This document shows positions 30,988-40,600 of a stretch of DNA of 64,000 bases, piece after piece. The notes beneath the pieces are model-generated. The model did not search any database, was not told where the DNA came from, and worked only from the letters and a program-made list of their open reading frames with translations. Each line of letters opens with the position of its first letter. The stretch's first letter is position 1. The stretch lies in NCBI GenBank assembly GCA_964016885.1, contig OZ024740.1, positions 421,476,001 to 421,540,000 of the forward strand, given 5' to 3'. The stretch comes from Eledone cirrhosa (taxonomy: Eukaryota). The translations under genes were made by a program, and so were the position numbers.

Positions 30988-31178
30988 GGGCGGTGGATTG
31001 GCAGTATCGGTAGAGGGTCGGACACCATGCTTTGACGCATAGAGTTACGGCCCTTGCCATTCTGTGTTCAAATCTCGCCGGGGTGAACTTTGCCTTTCGT
31101 CCTTACGAGGTCGATAAAATAAAGTACCAGTAATACACTGGTTAATTGCTGGCCTTGTACCAAAAGTAGAAACAATTA
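30988..31178 (+). mobile_element. SINE family 2, internally deleted variant
   Basis: GGGCGGTGGATTGGCAGTATCGGTAGAG...GTTCAAATCTC...central domain...TAATACACTGGTTAATTGCTGGCC. It lacks about 30 bp present in the copy at 28886. Confidence 0.85.
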
Positions 31179-31704
31179 TTTCTTTCATAAAATTAAACAA
31201 GGCTGATAAACTTCAACAGCTAAATCTCCTTAAACTTCAATAATTACTACACCTTCACTGTTAGATATAGCAGCTATTGCCTTAATAGGAGCTGTGCCCT
31301 TATGAATAAGGTACTTCTTAACACTGCAAAAGCTATCATGATCAGGGCATACAAGCTGGCTTATCTAGCCTGGATGTGACTTGGTATTTATTATCCAAAG
31401 ACATCCCAACTGCTCAACATAAATGAGATGCCATCCAGTGTGACAAACCCTCAGACAGCTTTGTACTCCATCTTGACCAGCATGGTTCAGTCCCCCACCA
31501 CCACCACCACCACCCCAGCCACATAGCGACACCTAGCTGAATGTCATACTCTCATGGTCAACTAGTACCCAGCTGAACTCTCAGTGCTTCCCTCAGGCTC
31601 AGTCTTAAAATCTGCGAGCAACACATATACCATTGTGAGTTCATGGTAGATACTTTTCAACTGGGAGCATGGTTTCTATGGCTGTAAGCCCTTCCTAACA
31701 CCAA

Positions 31705-31945
31705 CCACTTTACAGAGTGCACTGGGAAAATGTTTCTGTGACTCCAGCAATACCACCTTACATAGTGAACTGGGCACTTTTCATTGTACCACCAGCAATA
31801 CCACCTTACAGGGTGGACTAGGTGCTTTTGTTATGCCACCAGCACTACCACCTTACATAGTGGACTGGGTGCTTTTTGTTGTGCCACCAGCACTACCCCC
31901 TTACAGGGTGGACTGGGTGCTTTTGTCATGGCACCAGCACCACCT
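31705..31945. repeat. Minisatellite of ~47 bp, about 5 degenerate copies
   Basis: Recurrent CCAGCA[AC]TACCACCTTACA...GTGGACTGGGTGCTTTT. Confidence 0.8.
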
Positions 31946-32124
31946 CAATACAACACTAGGGTACTCATAATTTCAAAACAACACTAGTATTCCGTCTAAA
32001 TCTTTCATGAGATTTCAAATTATCAAACTATTAACCTCATCAAAAGCAGGAATTTGAGAGATGAAATAAGCCTCCTACCTGTATTTTAACAAAGGTAATT
32101 ATCTTGTTATTAAAATCAACCTAC

Positions 32125-32237
32125 CAACAATATGCGGCAATAGTTCCATAAGATTTGTTGAACCTTAATTCAATAGGGTTGTCTGGGTTGTTGATATTGT
32201 AAAGAAGTAGATAACGTTGAGCAATGACAATGCTCAC
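32125..32237 (-). CDS. WDR19: WDR19/IFT144 internal coding exon (3rd in window, 113 bp): VSIVIAQRYLLLYNINNPDNPIELRFNKSYGTIAAYC(W)
   Basis: Acceptor catgtttcag|GTG and donor TG|gtaggt. Phase 0 start and phase 2 end fit both neighbours. Parallels WDR19 [38 protein letters not shown] (recalled). Confidence 0.93.
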
Positions 32238-32282
32238 CTGAAACATGATTAAAACAAAAGTAATTAGTAAAATGTAGTGAAC

Positions 32283-32405
32283 TGGCAGATCATTAGAATG
32301 TTGGATAGGATGCCTTGCGGTATTTCTTCTGGTTATCTTCACATTCTGAGTTCAAATCCCACCAAGGTTATTTTTGCTTTTCATCCTTTTGAGGGTTGAT
32401 GAAAA
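32283..32405 (+). mobile_element. SINE family 2, old degenerate copy
   Basis: TGGCAGATCATTAGAA...TTCTGAGTTCAAATCCCACCAAGGTTATTTTTGCTTTTCATCCTTTTGAGGGTTGAT. Confidence 0.65.
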
Positions 32406-32517
32406 ATGTGTGAAAGCCTTGCTAGGATTTGAATAGAGCTGAAGCAAAACCCACGTGGCATTTTATCTTGTGTTCTAATGACTCTGCCTAGTAGTTGTCA
32501 TCATTGTCACCGGTGGC

Positions 32518-33040
32518 ACCACCACCACTGCTACTACTGCTACCACCACCACCACCACTGCTGCTGCCACCAACATCACTGCCACCACCACCACTGCTAC
32601 CACCACCACCACTACCACTACCACTAACATCACCACCACCACTACCACCACCACCACCACCACTACCACTACCACTAACATCACCACCACCACTACCACC
32701 ACCACCACCAACACCACTGCTACCACCACCACCACCACCACACCACTACTACCATCACCACCACCACCACCACAACCACCACCACCACTGCTACCCCCCC
32801 CCCCCAGCGCCACCACCACTGCTACCACCACCACCACCACACCACCACCACCACCACACTACCACTACCACCACTGCTACCACCAACACCGCCACCACCA
32901 CCACCACCACCACCCCTACTACCAACAACACCACCACTACCACTGCTACTACCACCACCACCATCACCACTATCACTACCACCACCATCACCACTACCAC
33001 AACCACCACTACTACCACCACAACTGCTACCACCACTGCT
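32518..33040. repeat. Imperfect (CCA/CTA)n trinucleotide tract
   Basis: Direct reading. It produces the poly-P/T/H/V/G ORFs in the track. Confidence 0.95.
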
Positions 33041-33162
33041 GGATGTTCTTCCTAATACCAAGCCCTTCACAACCATGTTCTGAGTTCATTTCCTCATGGC
33101 ACCACCACCACTGACAAAAGAAATAATCAATATTAGATGTTCAATAAGAACTATAAACTTAC

Positions 33163-33376
33163 CGTATCTTCTGTCATTGAGCTTCGTTCATCAGTTTTCA
33201 TTTCAGAAAATTGTATTGCACTAGGTTCTCCTCCCAGCTGAGACTGCCGTAGTGTATCTCCATCAGAATTGCTGATAGTTAAGTATTTATCTTCACTAAC
33301 TAAAGCTAATAAATTTTCAGAGCTCCATGCTCCACTGGTTATTTTCTTAGAATGTTTGCCTAAGATCGGTAATTTT
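33163..33376 (-). CDS. WDR19: WDR19/IFT144 internal coding exon (2nd in window, 214 bp): (K)[71 protein letters not shown]
   Basis: Polypyrimidine acceptor ttttgtttctttaag|A and donor ACG|gtaagt. Strong resemblance to WDR19 [64 protein letters not shown] (recalled). WD40-type KH...W motif. Confidence 0.96.
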
Positions 33377-33555
33377 CTTAAAGAAACAAAAAAAATAAGC
33401 AAGAAAATAAATATCAAAATAAAAATGGCAGAATTTTTATTCATTTTTCATTTTGTTTTTATTAAAGGAAGATCTCATTTTGAAATTTTAAAGAGACATT
33501 TGTACAAATATGACTTTACAAAATTTGTACAAACATGACTTTACAAAATTATGCA

Positions 33556-33660
33556 GTGGTGGTGGTGGTGGTGGTGGTAGTGGTGGTGGTGATGTAAGTG
33601 GTAGTGGTAGTGGTGGTGGTGGTGGTGGTGGTGGCAGTGATGTTGGTGGTGATGATAGTG
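33556..33660. repeat. (GGT)n trinucleotide tract
   Basis: Direct reading. Confidence 0.95.
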
Positions 33661-33729
33661 CAAGCAGTGGTTATAACTGGTGCTTGGTAGGTATGTGGTG
33701 TGGTAAATATATACACCAGGTCCGAATAT

Positions 33730-33835
33730 AATTGTTTCTACTTTTGGCACAAGGCCAGCAATTACCCAGTGTATTACTGGTTCTTTATTTTATCGACCCC
33801 GTAAGGATGAAAGGCAAAGTTAACTTTGGCAGAAT
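33730..33835 (-). mobile_element. SINE family 2, 3' half, inverted orientation
   Basis: The plus strand GGCACAAGGCCAGCAATTACCCAGTGTATTACTGGTTCTTTATTTTATCGACCCCGTAAGGATGAAAGGCAAAGTTAAC is the reverse complement of the family 2 central domain and tail. Confidence 0.85.
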
Positions 33836-34040
33836 CAAACTCCTACTGTCACTGTCTCTCTCCCACTCCCACTACCTCCATCTCTCCCACTACCTCTATC
33901 TCCCACTACCTCTGTCTCTCCCTCTCTCCACACCTCTCACTCAGCAATTGTTTGACAAAATAACAATCAACACACTATTCCTACCTCAACACTAAATATT
34001 TCCTCTGCAATCAATACTGTACATGAAAGATTGGGATATA

Positions 34041-34239
34041 CGAGGGTTTGCTGAAAAGTTCATAGGCTGACTATGAAGGAGTGATGCTAGAGCTGTGAAA
34101 TCTTACATGCATTAATTTCAACTCTTCTTGTTAATAACTGCATTGTTTATTTCCAGGGACTATGTTGAAAAATAAACCTCATTTGGTCATTCCATTGAGA
34201 GTATCTTGGTCAGCCTATTTACTTTTCAGCTGACCCTCA
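34041..34239. mobile_element. Mariner-derived MITE (199 bp)
   Basis: TA on both sides. 31-bp TIRs, CGAGGGTTTGCTGAAAAGTTCATAGGCTGAC versus TGAGGGTCAGCTGAAAAGTAAATAGGCTGAC (5 mismatches). A TA-CGAGGG...AAAAGT terminus is typical of mariner elements. Confidence 0.85.
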
Positions 34240-34780
34240 TATATAAGCAATCAGGTTGTTTTGCCTTAGTACTTTGCCTTAGTTCCAATGACCCTTGTGG
34301 TGTGTAATCAATTGACACAGTGTTGAAAGGATAGATTTTTTTTGTTTGAATATGTATTTTTCTGTATTATATTTATAAGGTTCTATGAATTCTATTTTTA
34401 TGTGAAACATCATGATTATAATATATTTTCTTTAAGAGTCAAAGAGGTCATTATCATCAAGCAGAACCCGCCATCCACCCAACAAATAAAAGATTGATAA
34501 TGTACAAGGCAGACAGGTTACTATAACGACTCCACTCATGCATATTACAGACACGTAGGCCAATTAAGGAAGAACACATCAATCATTCATTTTGTTTTGA
34601 ACAGTTTCAGCTCTACATTTGAAAAGAGGGTTGTAGCCCTGAAATATTGAAATATATTGGATAAAACATTACTTTCTTTTGTTTTATCGGTCATCATTAG
34701 TCCTTCCTATTTTTCTACAACATTCAACAGGCTTTTTGAAAATTATTGGCTTCACAATGCTTTGTATTAACTACACTACT

Positions 34781-34930
34781 TTATTTAATTAACTCTTGAA
34801 TATATTATTTATTTATATATTTTAAAGTGGAATATTTATTTAATTAAGTCTTGAATATATTATTTATTTATATATTTTAATGTGGAATATTTATTTAATT
34901 AAGTCTTAAATATATTATTTGTTTATATTT
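34781..34930. repeat. AT-rich 55-bp minisatellite, about 2.7 copies
   Basis: TTATTTAATTAA[CG]TCTT starts at 34781, 34836 and 34891. Confidence 0.85.
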
Positions 34931-35034
34931 TCATTCTATAAGAATTATAAACAATTTGTAATGTTATTTATACAATTGTGAATAAAATTGTTTGGGATAT
35001 ATATAGTGATCAAATGAAGAAGATGGTCAACTAT

Positions 35035-35163
35035 AAGTGTATATGTGTATATATATGTATGTATGTTATAGATGTTTGTGTGCGTGTGTGTGTGTGTGTG
35101 TGTATATATATATGTGTGTGTGTAAATGTTTGTGTGTGTATATGTGTGTGTATATATATATAT
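35035..35163. repeat. (TG)n/(TA)n compound microsatellite
   Basis: Direct reading. Confidence 0.95.
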
Positions 35164-35169
35164 AGTGAA

Positions 35170-35945
35170 AAATGGAACGGGAACAAAACAGAGAGGCAGT
35201 ACAAAGATTTATTAGTTTCACGCTCTTGAGAGTGGCGGGGGGGAACGACGTTTCGGGCATAAGCCCTTCTTCAGGCGAAAGGTGGGTGGGAAGAGAGTTC
35301 CAAGGGTGTGTGGGGGAGTGGTGGAGAGACATTTAGAAAAAGATGGGGGGGGGCGATGGTGGAAGGGGTACAAATAAAAATAAAGATAAACAAGTAGTGG
35401 AAGGGTGTGGGGCGTGTAGGGGTGGTGGCGGATGGAGTGGGGAGAGGGAGGCGGGGTGTCCGAGCAGGGAGGGCTGAAGGTGGTGTTTGTGTATGTGTGT
35501 CGGTGTACGTGTGTGTGTGTATGTGAGAGTTGGGAGAAGAACGAGGTTCCATGTTCAGGAAAAGGTGTGTGTGTGGGGTGGGGTGTAGGTCAGTGTGTGC
35601 GTGCGTGTGGATGGGGAGGGATCAGAGGAGAAGGGGGGATTCCGGAGGCTGAGTGTGTATATATGTGGGGGTACGCACGTGTGTATTGGTGTTTATACAT
35701 TTTGTGGATGTAGGTGGCATGGTTCTAAAAAAGAATTGTGAGTGTATGTCTGTGGGTAAGTTCCTAAGGTAGTTCCGTAGAGGGTGTAAAGAGATGCCGG
35801 ATATTTTCCATGTTAAGGAGTGGATAGTGAGAACGATAGTCGATGGTGTGTAATCCGTTGGTTGTGGTATCGGAAGAGGGGAGATGTGGGGTGCGCGCGC
35901 AGCAGGATATGCAGAGGTTATATTTAATTTGTTGGGATTCAACAA
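35170..35945 (-). mobile_element. Probable Penelope-like element remnant (pseudo-LTR region); boundaries uncertain
   Basis: Hammerhead core preceded, on the minus strand, by a long C/CA-rich tract, GC-richer than the flanks and bounded by a microsatellite. No RT or GIY-YIG motif was recognised. Confidence 0.4.
35243..35280 (-). ncRNA. Minimal hammerhead ribozyme-like motif of the Penelope-like element type
   Basis: The minus strand reads CUGAAGA-A-GGGC-UUAU-GCCC-GAAA-C-GUC. This gives both conserved core boxes (CUGANGA, GAAA), a perfect 4-bp helix II and a GUC/GUU triplet. Helix I is weak. Confidence 0.65.
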
Positions 35946-36004
35946 GCTTAAAAATGTTTATAACTGATATAAAGCACTCAACAGATTAGTGGAGTAAATA
36001 CACA

Positions 36005-36346
36005 ATATATTAATAAATGGAAACTATATTTATAAAACCATATTTATTTTATTATATATATTTCAAGCGCTACTAAGGCAAATTATGGTGCACTTTCATC
36101 AGATAAAATACAGATTTGTTTTATAAATAAATATTGACATACCCGGAAAAAAGACAACCTTAACGGTTGGAGCTATCCAGGAAGCTTCAACCGTTAAGGT
36201 TGTCTTTTTTCTGGGTATGTCAATATTTATTTATAAAACAAATCTGTATTTTATCTGATGAAAGTGCACCATAATTTGCCTTAGTAGCGCTTGAAATATA
36301 TATAATAAAATAAATATGGTTTTATAAATATAGTTTCCATTTATTA

Positions 36347-36352
<6 letters not shown>
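36005..36352. repeat. Near-perfect palindrome or foldback element: 170-bp arms, 8-nt loop, 2 mismatches
   Basis: 36005-36174 is the reverse complement of 36183-36352 except at G36145/T36212 and G36170/T36187. The loop is ATCCAGGA. Confidence 0.97.
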
Positions 36353-36383
<31 letters not shown>

Positions 36384-36525
36384 AGTGTGTGTTTGTTTGT
36401 GTATGTGTATATATGTTTGTGTGTGTGTATGTATTTGTGTATATATGTTTGTGTGGGTGTGGATGTGTGTGTATGTGTGTACATGTGTGTGTATGTGTGT
36501 GTGTGTATGTATTTGTGTATATATG
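36353..36525. repeat. (TA)n then imperfect (TG)n microsatellite
   Basis: Direct reading. Confidence 0.95.
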
Positions 36526-36787
36526 TTTCTTCTTGCTCCTACCAATTTGTAAGTCTGGATCATAATCTATATAATGATTGTACTCTTTTACTCTTTTACC
36601 TGTTCCAACCATCCGGCTGAGGCCATGCTGCACACCCCACACCCCGTTTTTTTTTGTTTTTTTTTCGTATCAACAATCTGCCAAAATCATTCTAAAATTT
36701 ATGCAAGTTTTATTTAGAATGCTCTGAAATGTTTTCATTCATGCCAGAATTCAGCCTTCTCTGCCAATGGTGCTATCTGTTTGTCTC

Positions 36788-36791
<4 letters not shown>

Positions 36792-36841
<50 letters not shown>
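36792..36841. repeat. Perfect (TG)n microsatellite
   Basis: Direct reading. Confidence 0.97.
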
Positions 36842-36842
<1 letters not shown>

Positions 36843-36922
36843 AGGGGGGATATCAGGTGTAGTGTTGGCCATAGAGGTTTTAAAGGCTGCAGTTTGATAA
36901 AATAACAGGAAAAATACATTAC

Positions 36923-37021
36923 TTTGATGATTGGTGATTGTAGATTAATAAATTTCCTTTTAGGGTCCCAATTGCCAGAAGCTGATTCTTTTTTGACCAT
37001 GATAAAAATGTTAATGGGTCT
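36923..37021 (-). CDS. WDR19: WDR19/IFT144 internal coding exon (1st in window, 99 bp): [32 protein letters not shown](K)
   Basis: Acceptor atatttcag|A and donor AA|gtaatg. The phase-2 end joins the next exon as AA|A. Parallels WDR19 [33 protein letters not shown] (recalled). Not in the supplied ORF track. Confidence 0.95.
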
Positions 37022-37065
37022 CTGAAATATAAAATAATCAGGTGAAAAGATAGATTAGAATTGGT

Positions 37066-37330
37066 GGAGGTGTGTGGCCTAGTGGTAAGGGTATTGAACT
37101 TAACATAATGTTGTGGGTTTGATCCCTGGAATGGGTTGTGTGTTCTGTTCTTGAGAAAAACACCTCATTTCATGTTACTCCAGTATACTCAGCTGAAAAA
37201 GTATACCAGCAGCAGCTGGGAGTTTAACCCTGCAATGGACTAGCATCTTGTTCAGGGGGAGTCTTGTACTCTCAGTAGCTTCATGCCATGAAAAGCACCA
37301 GCCTGATAGCCTCTAGGTTCAAGACAGACT
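37066..37330 (+). mobile_element. tRNA-derived SINE (CORE-like), degenerate
   Basis: GGAGGTGTGTGGCCTAGTGGTAAGG (A box), GGGTTTGATCCC (B box) and TGTTCTTGAGAAAAACAC (CORE-like). Related to 28716-28820. Confidence 0.7.
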
Positions 37331-37506
37331 TTAGATTTTATACTAATTACGTCATGGATGAACCATTTTAGACATTTGAAGAACACAAAAGCATTTATAC
37401 CAAAATAAATATTACATTTTTTTTTTTTTAGATCTCTGAAATGATTCTTCCATTTATAATTGTTTCAGGTTCAATATACTGCTAGCAGCGAAAGTGGATG
37501 TTAAAA

Positions 37507-37533
37507 TGATGATGATGATGATGATGATGATGT
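37507..37533. repeat. (GAT)n microsatellite, possibly a retroposon 3' tail
   Basis: GCTAGCAGCGAAAGTGGATGTTAAAATGATGATGATG... Confidence 0.8.
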
Positions 37534-37602
37534 CTCGACTTATTTCACTTACTAAAGTTGTATAAGAAGCCCAGAATTATAACTGATTCCTCATATTTGA
37601 TA

Positions 37603-40600
37603 GACAGGGTTGAGAGGACCCCTCAGTCATGTCAAGGACAAGACAGTCTCACTGGTGATCTACACTGACAGAGTTGAGAGGACCCCTCAGTCATATCAAG
37701 GACAAGACAGTCTCACTGGTGATTTACACTGACAGGGTTGAGAGGACCCCTCAGTCATGTCAAGGACAAGACAGTCTCACTGGTGATTTACACAGACAGG
37801 GTTGAGAGGACCCCTCAGTCATGTCAAGGACAAGACAGCCTCCCTGGTGATCTACACTGACAGGGTTGAGAGGATCCCTCAGTCATGTCAGGGACAAGAC
37901 AGTCTCACTGGTGATCTACACTGACAGGGTTGAGAGGACCCCTCAGTCATGTCAAGGACAAGACAGCCTCCCTGGTGATCTACACTGACAGGGTTGAGAG
38001 GATCCCTCAGTCATATCAGGGACAAGACAGCCTCCCTGGTGATCTACACTGACAGGGTTGAGAGGACCCCTCAGTCATGTCAGGGACAAGACAGTCTCAC
38101 TGGTGATCTACACTGACAGGGTTGAGAGGACCCCTCAGTCATGTCAAGGACAAGACAGCCTCCCTGGTGATCTACACTGACAGGGTTGAGAGGATCCCTC
38201 AGTCATGCCAGGGACAAGACAGTCTCCCTGGTGATCTACACTGACAGGGTTGAGAGGATCCCTCAGTCATGTCAGGGACAAGACAGCCTCCCTGGTGATC
38301 TACACTGACAGGGTTGAGAGGACCCCTCAGTCATGCCAGGGACAAGACAGTCTTACTGGTGATCTACACTGACAGGGTTGAGAGGATCCCTCAGTCATGT
38401 CAGGGACAAGACAGTCTCCCTGGTGATCTACACTGACAGGGTTGAGAGGACCCCTCAGTCATGCCAGGGACAAGACAGTCTTACTGGTGATCTACACTGA
38501 CAGGGTTGAGAGGATCCCTCAGTCATGTCAGGGACAAGACAGTCTCCCTGGTGATCTACACTGACAGGGTTGAGAGGACCCCTCAGTCATGTCAGGGACA
38601 AGACAGTCTTACTGGTGATCTACACTGACAGGGTTGAGAGGACCCCTCAGTCATGTCAGGGACAAGACAGTCTCCCTGGTGATCTACACTGACAGGGTTG
38701 AGAGGATCCCTCAGTCATGTCAGGGACAAGACAGTCTTACTGGTGATCTACACTGACAGGGTTGAGAGGACCCCTCAGTCATGTCAGGGACAAGACAGTC
38801 TCCCTGGTGATCTACACTGACAGGGTTGAGAGGACCCCTCAGTCATGTCAGGGACAAGACAGTCTTACTGGTGATCTACAATGACAGGGTTGAGAGGATC
38901 CCTCAGTCATGTCAGGGACAAGACAGCCTCCCTGGTGATCTACACTGACAGGGTTGAGAGGATCCCTCAGTCATGCCAGGGACAAGACAGCCTCCCTGGT
39001 GATCTACACTGACAGGGTTGAGAGGATCCCTCAGTCATGTCAGGGACAAGACAGTCTTACTGGTGATCTACAATGACAGGGTTGAGAGGATCCCTCAGTC
39101 ATGCCAGGGACAAGACAGCCTCCCTGGTGATCTACACTGACAGGGTTGAGAGGACCCCTCAGTCATGTCAGGGACAAGACAGTCTTACTGGTGATCTACA
39201 ATGACAGGGTTGAGAGGATCCCTCAGTCATGTCAGGGACAAGACAGTCTCACTGGTGATCTACACTGACAGGGTTGAGAGGACCCCTCAGGCATGCCAGG
39301 GACAAGACAGCCTCCCTGGTGATCTACACTGACAGGGTTGAGAGGATCCCTCAGTCATGCCAGGGACAAGACAGCCTCCCTGGTGATCTACACTGACAGG
39401 GTTGAGAGGATCCCTCAGTCATGTCAGGGACAAGACAGCCTCCCTGGTGATCTACACTGACAGGGTTGAGAGGACCCCTCAGGCATGCCAGGGACAAGAC
39501 AGCCTCCCTGGTGATCTACACTGACAGGGTTGAGAGGACCCCTCAGGCATGCCAGGGACAAGACAGTCTCACTGGTGATCTACACTGACAGGGTTGAGAG
39601 GACCCCTCAGGCATGCCAGGGACAAGACAGCCTCCCTGGTGATCTACACTGACAGGGTTGAGAGGACCCCTCAGGCATGCCAGGGACAAGACAGCCTCCC
39701 TGGTGATCTACACTGACAGGGTTGAGAGGACCCCTCAGGCATGCCAGGGACAAGACAGCCTCCCTGGTGATCTACACTGACAGGGTTGAGAGGATCCCTC
39801 AGTCATGCCAGGGACAAGACAGCCTCCCTGGTGATCTACACTGACAGGGTTGAGAGGATCCCTCAGTCATGTCAGGGACAAGACAGCCTCCCTGGTGATC
39901 TACACTGACAGGGTTGAGAGGACCCCTCAGGCATGCCAGGGACAAGACAGCCTCCCTGGTGATCTACACTGACAGGGTTGAGAGGACCCCTCAGGCATGC
40001 CAGGGACAAGACAGTCTCACTGGTGATCTACACTGACAGGGTTGAGAGGACCCCTCAGGCATGCCAGGGACAAGACAGCCTCCCTGGTGATCTACACTGA
40101 CAGGGTTGAGAGGACCCCTCAGGCATGCCAGGGACAAGACAGCCTCCCTGGTGATCTACACTGACAGGGTTGAGAGGACCCCTCAGGCATGCCAGGGACA
40201 AGACAGCCTCCCTGGTGATCTACACTGACAGGGTTGAGAGGATCCCTCAGTCATGCCAGGGACAAGACAGCCTCCCTGGTGATCTACACTGACAGGGTTG
40301 AGAGGATCCCTCAGTCATGTCAGGGACAAGACAGCCTCCCTGGTGATCTACACTGACAGGGTTGAGAGGACCCCTCAGGCATGCCAGGGACAAGACAGCC
40401 TCCCTGGTGATCTACACTGACAGGGTTGAGAGGACCCCTCAGGCATGCCAGGGACAAGACAGTCTCACTGGTGATCTACACTGACAGGGTTGAGAGGACC
40501 CCTCAGGCATGCCAGGGACAAGACAGCCTCCCTGGTGATCTACACTGACAGGGTTGAGAGGATCCCTCAGTCATGCCAGGGACAAGACAGCCTCCCTGGT

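Noticed and set aside
31250-31700. Moderately GC-rich stretch considered as an extra exon or LINE fragment
   Set aside because: The flanking WDR19 exons join without a gap and I recognised no protein motif, so it is left unassigned.
32475-33750. Poly-Pro/Thr/Val/Gly/His ORFs resembling extensin or mucin
   Set aside because: They come from trinucleotide tracts that are open in several frames on both strands, inside WDR19 introns.
34978-36642. CV-, HT- and YI-repeat ORFs, including the WD-like VGTGKRVKEYNH
   Set aside because: They come from dinucleotide microsatellites and a repeat fragment. The true WDR19 exon for this segment is 36923-37021.
36773-37000. 75-aa [14 protein letters not shown]...
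   Set aside because: It is an out-of-frame reading of the WDR19 exon running into a (CA)n tract.
28716-37330. tRNA genes
   Set aside because: The A/B-box-like segments are SINE heads followed by SINE body sequence, and none forms a complete cloverleaf.
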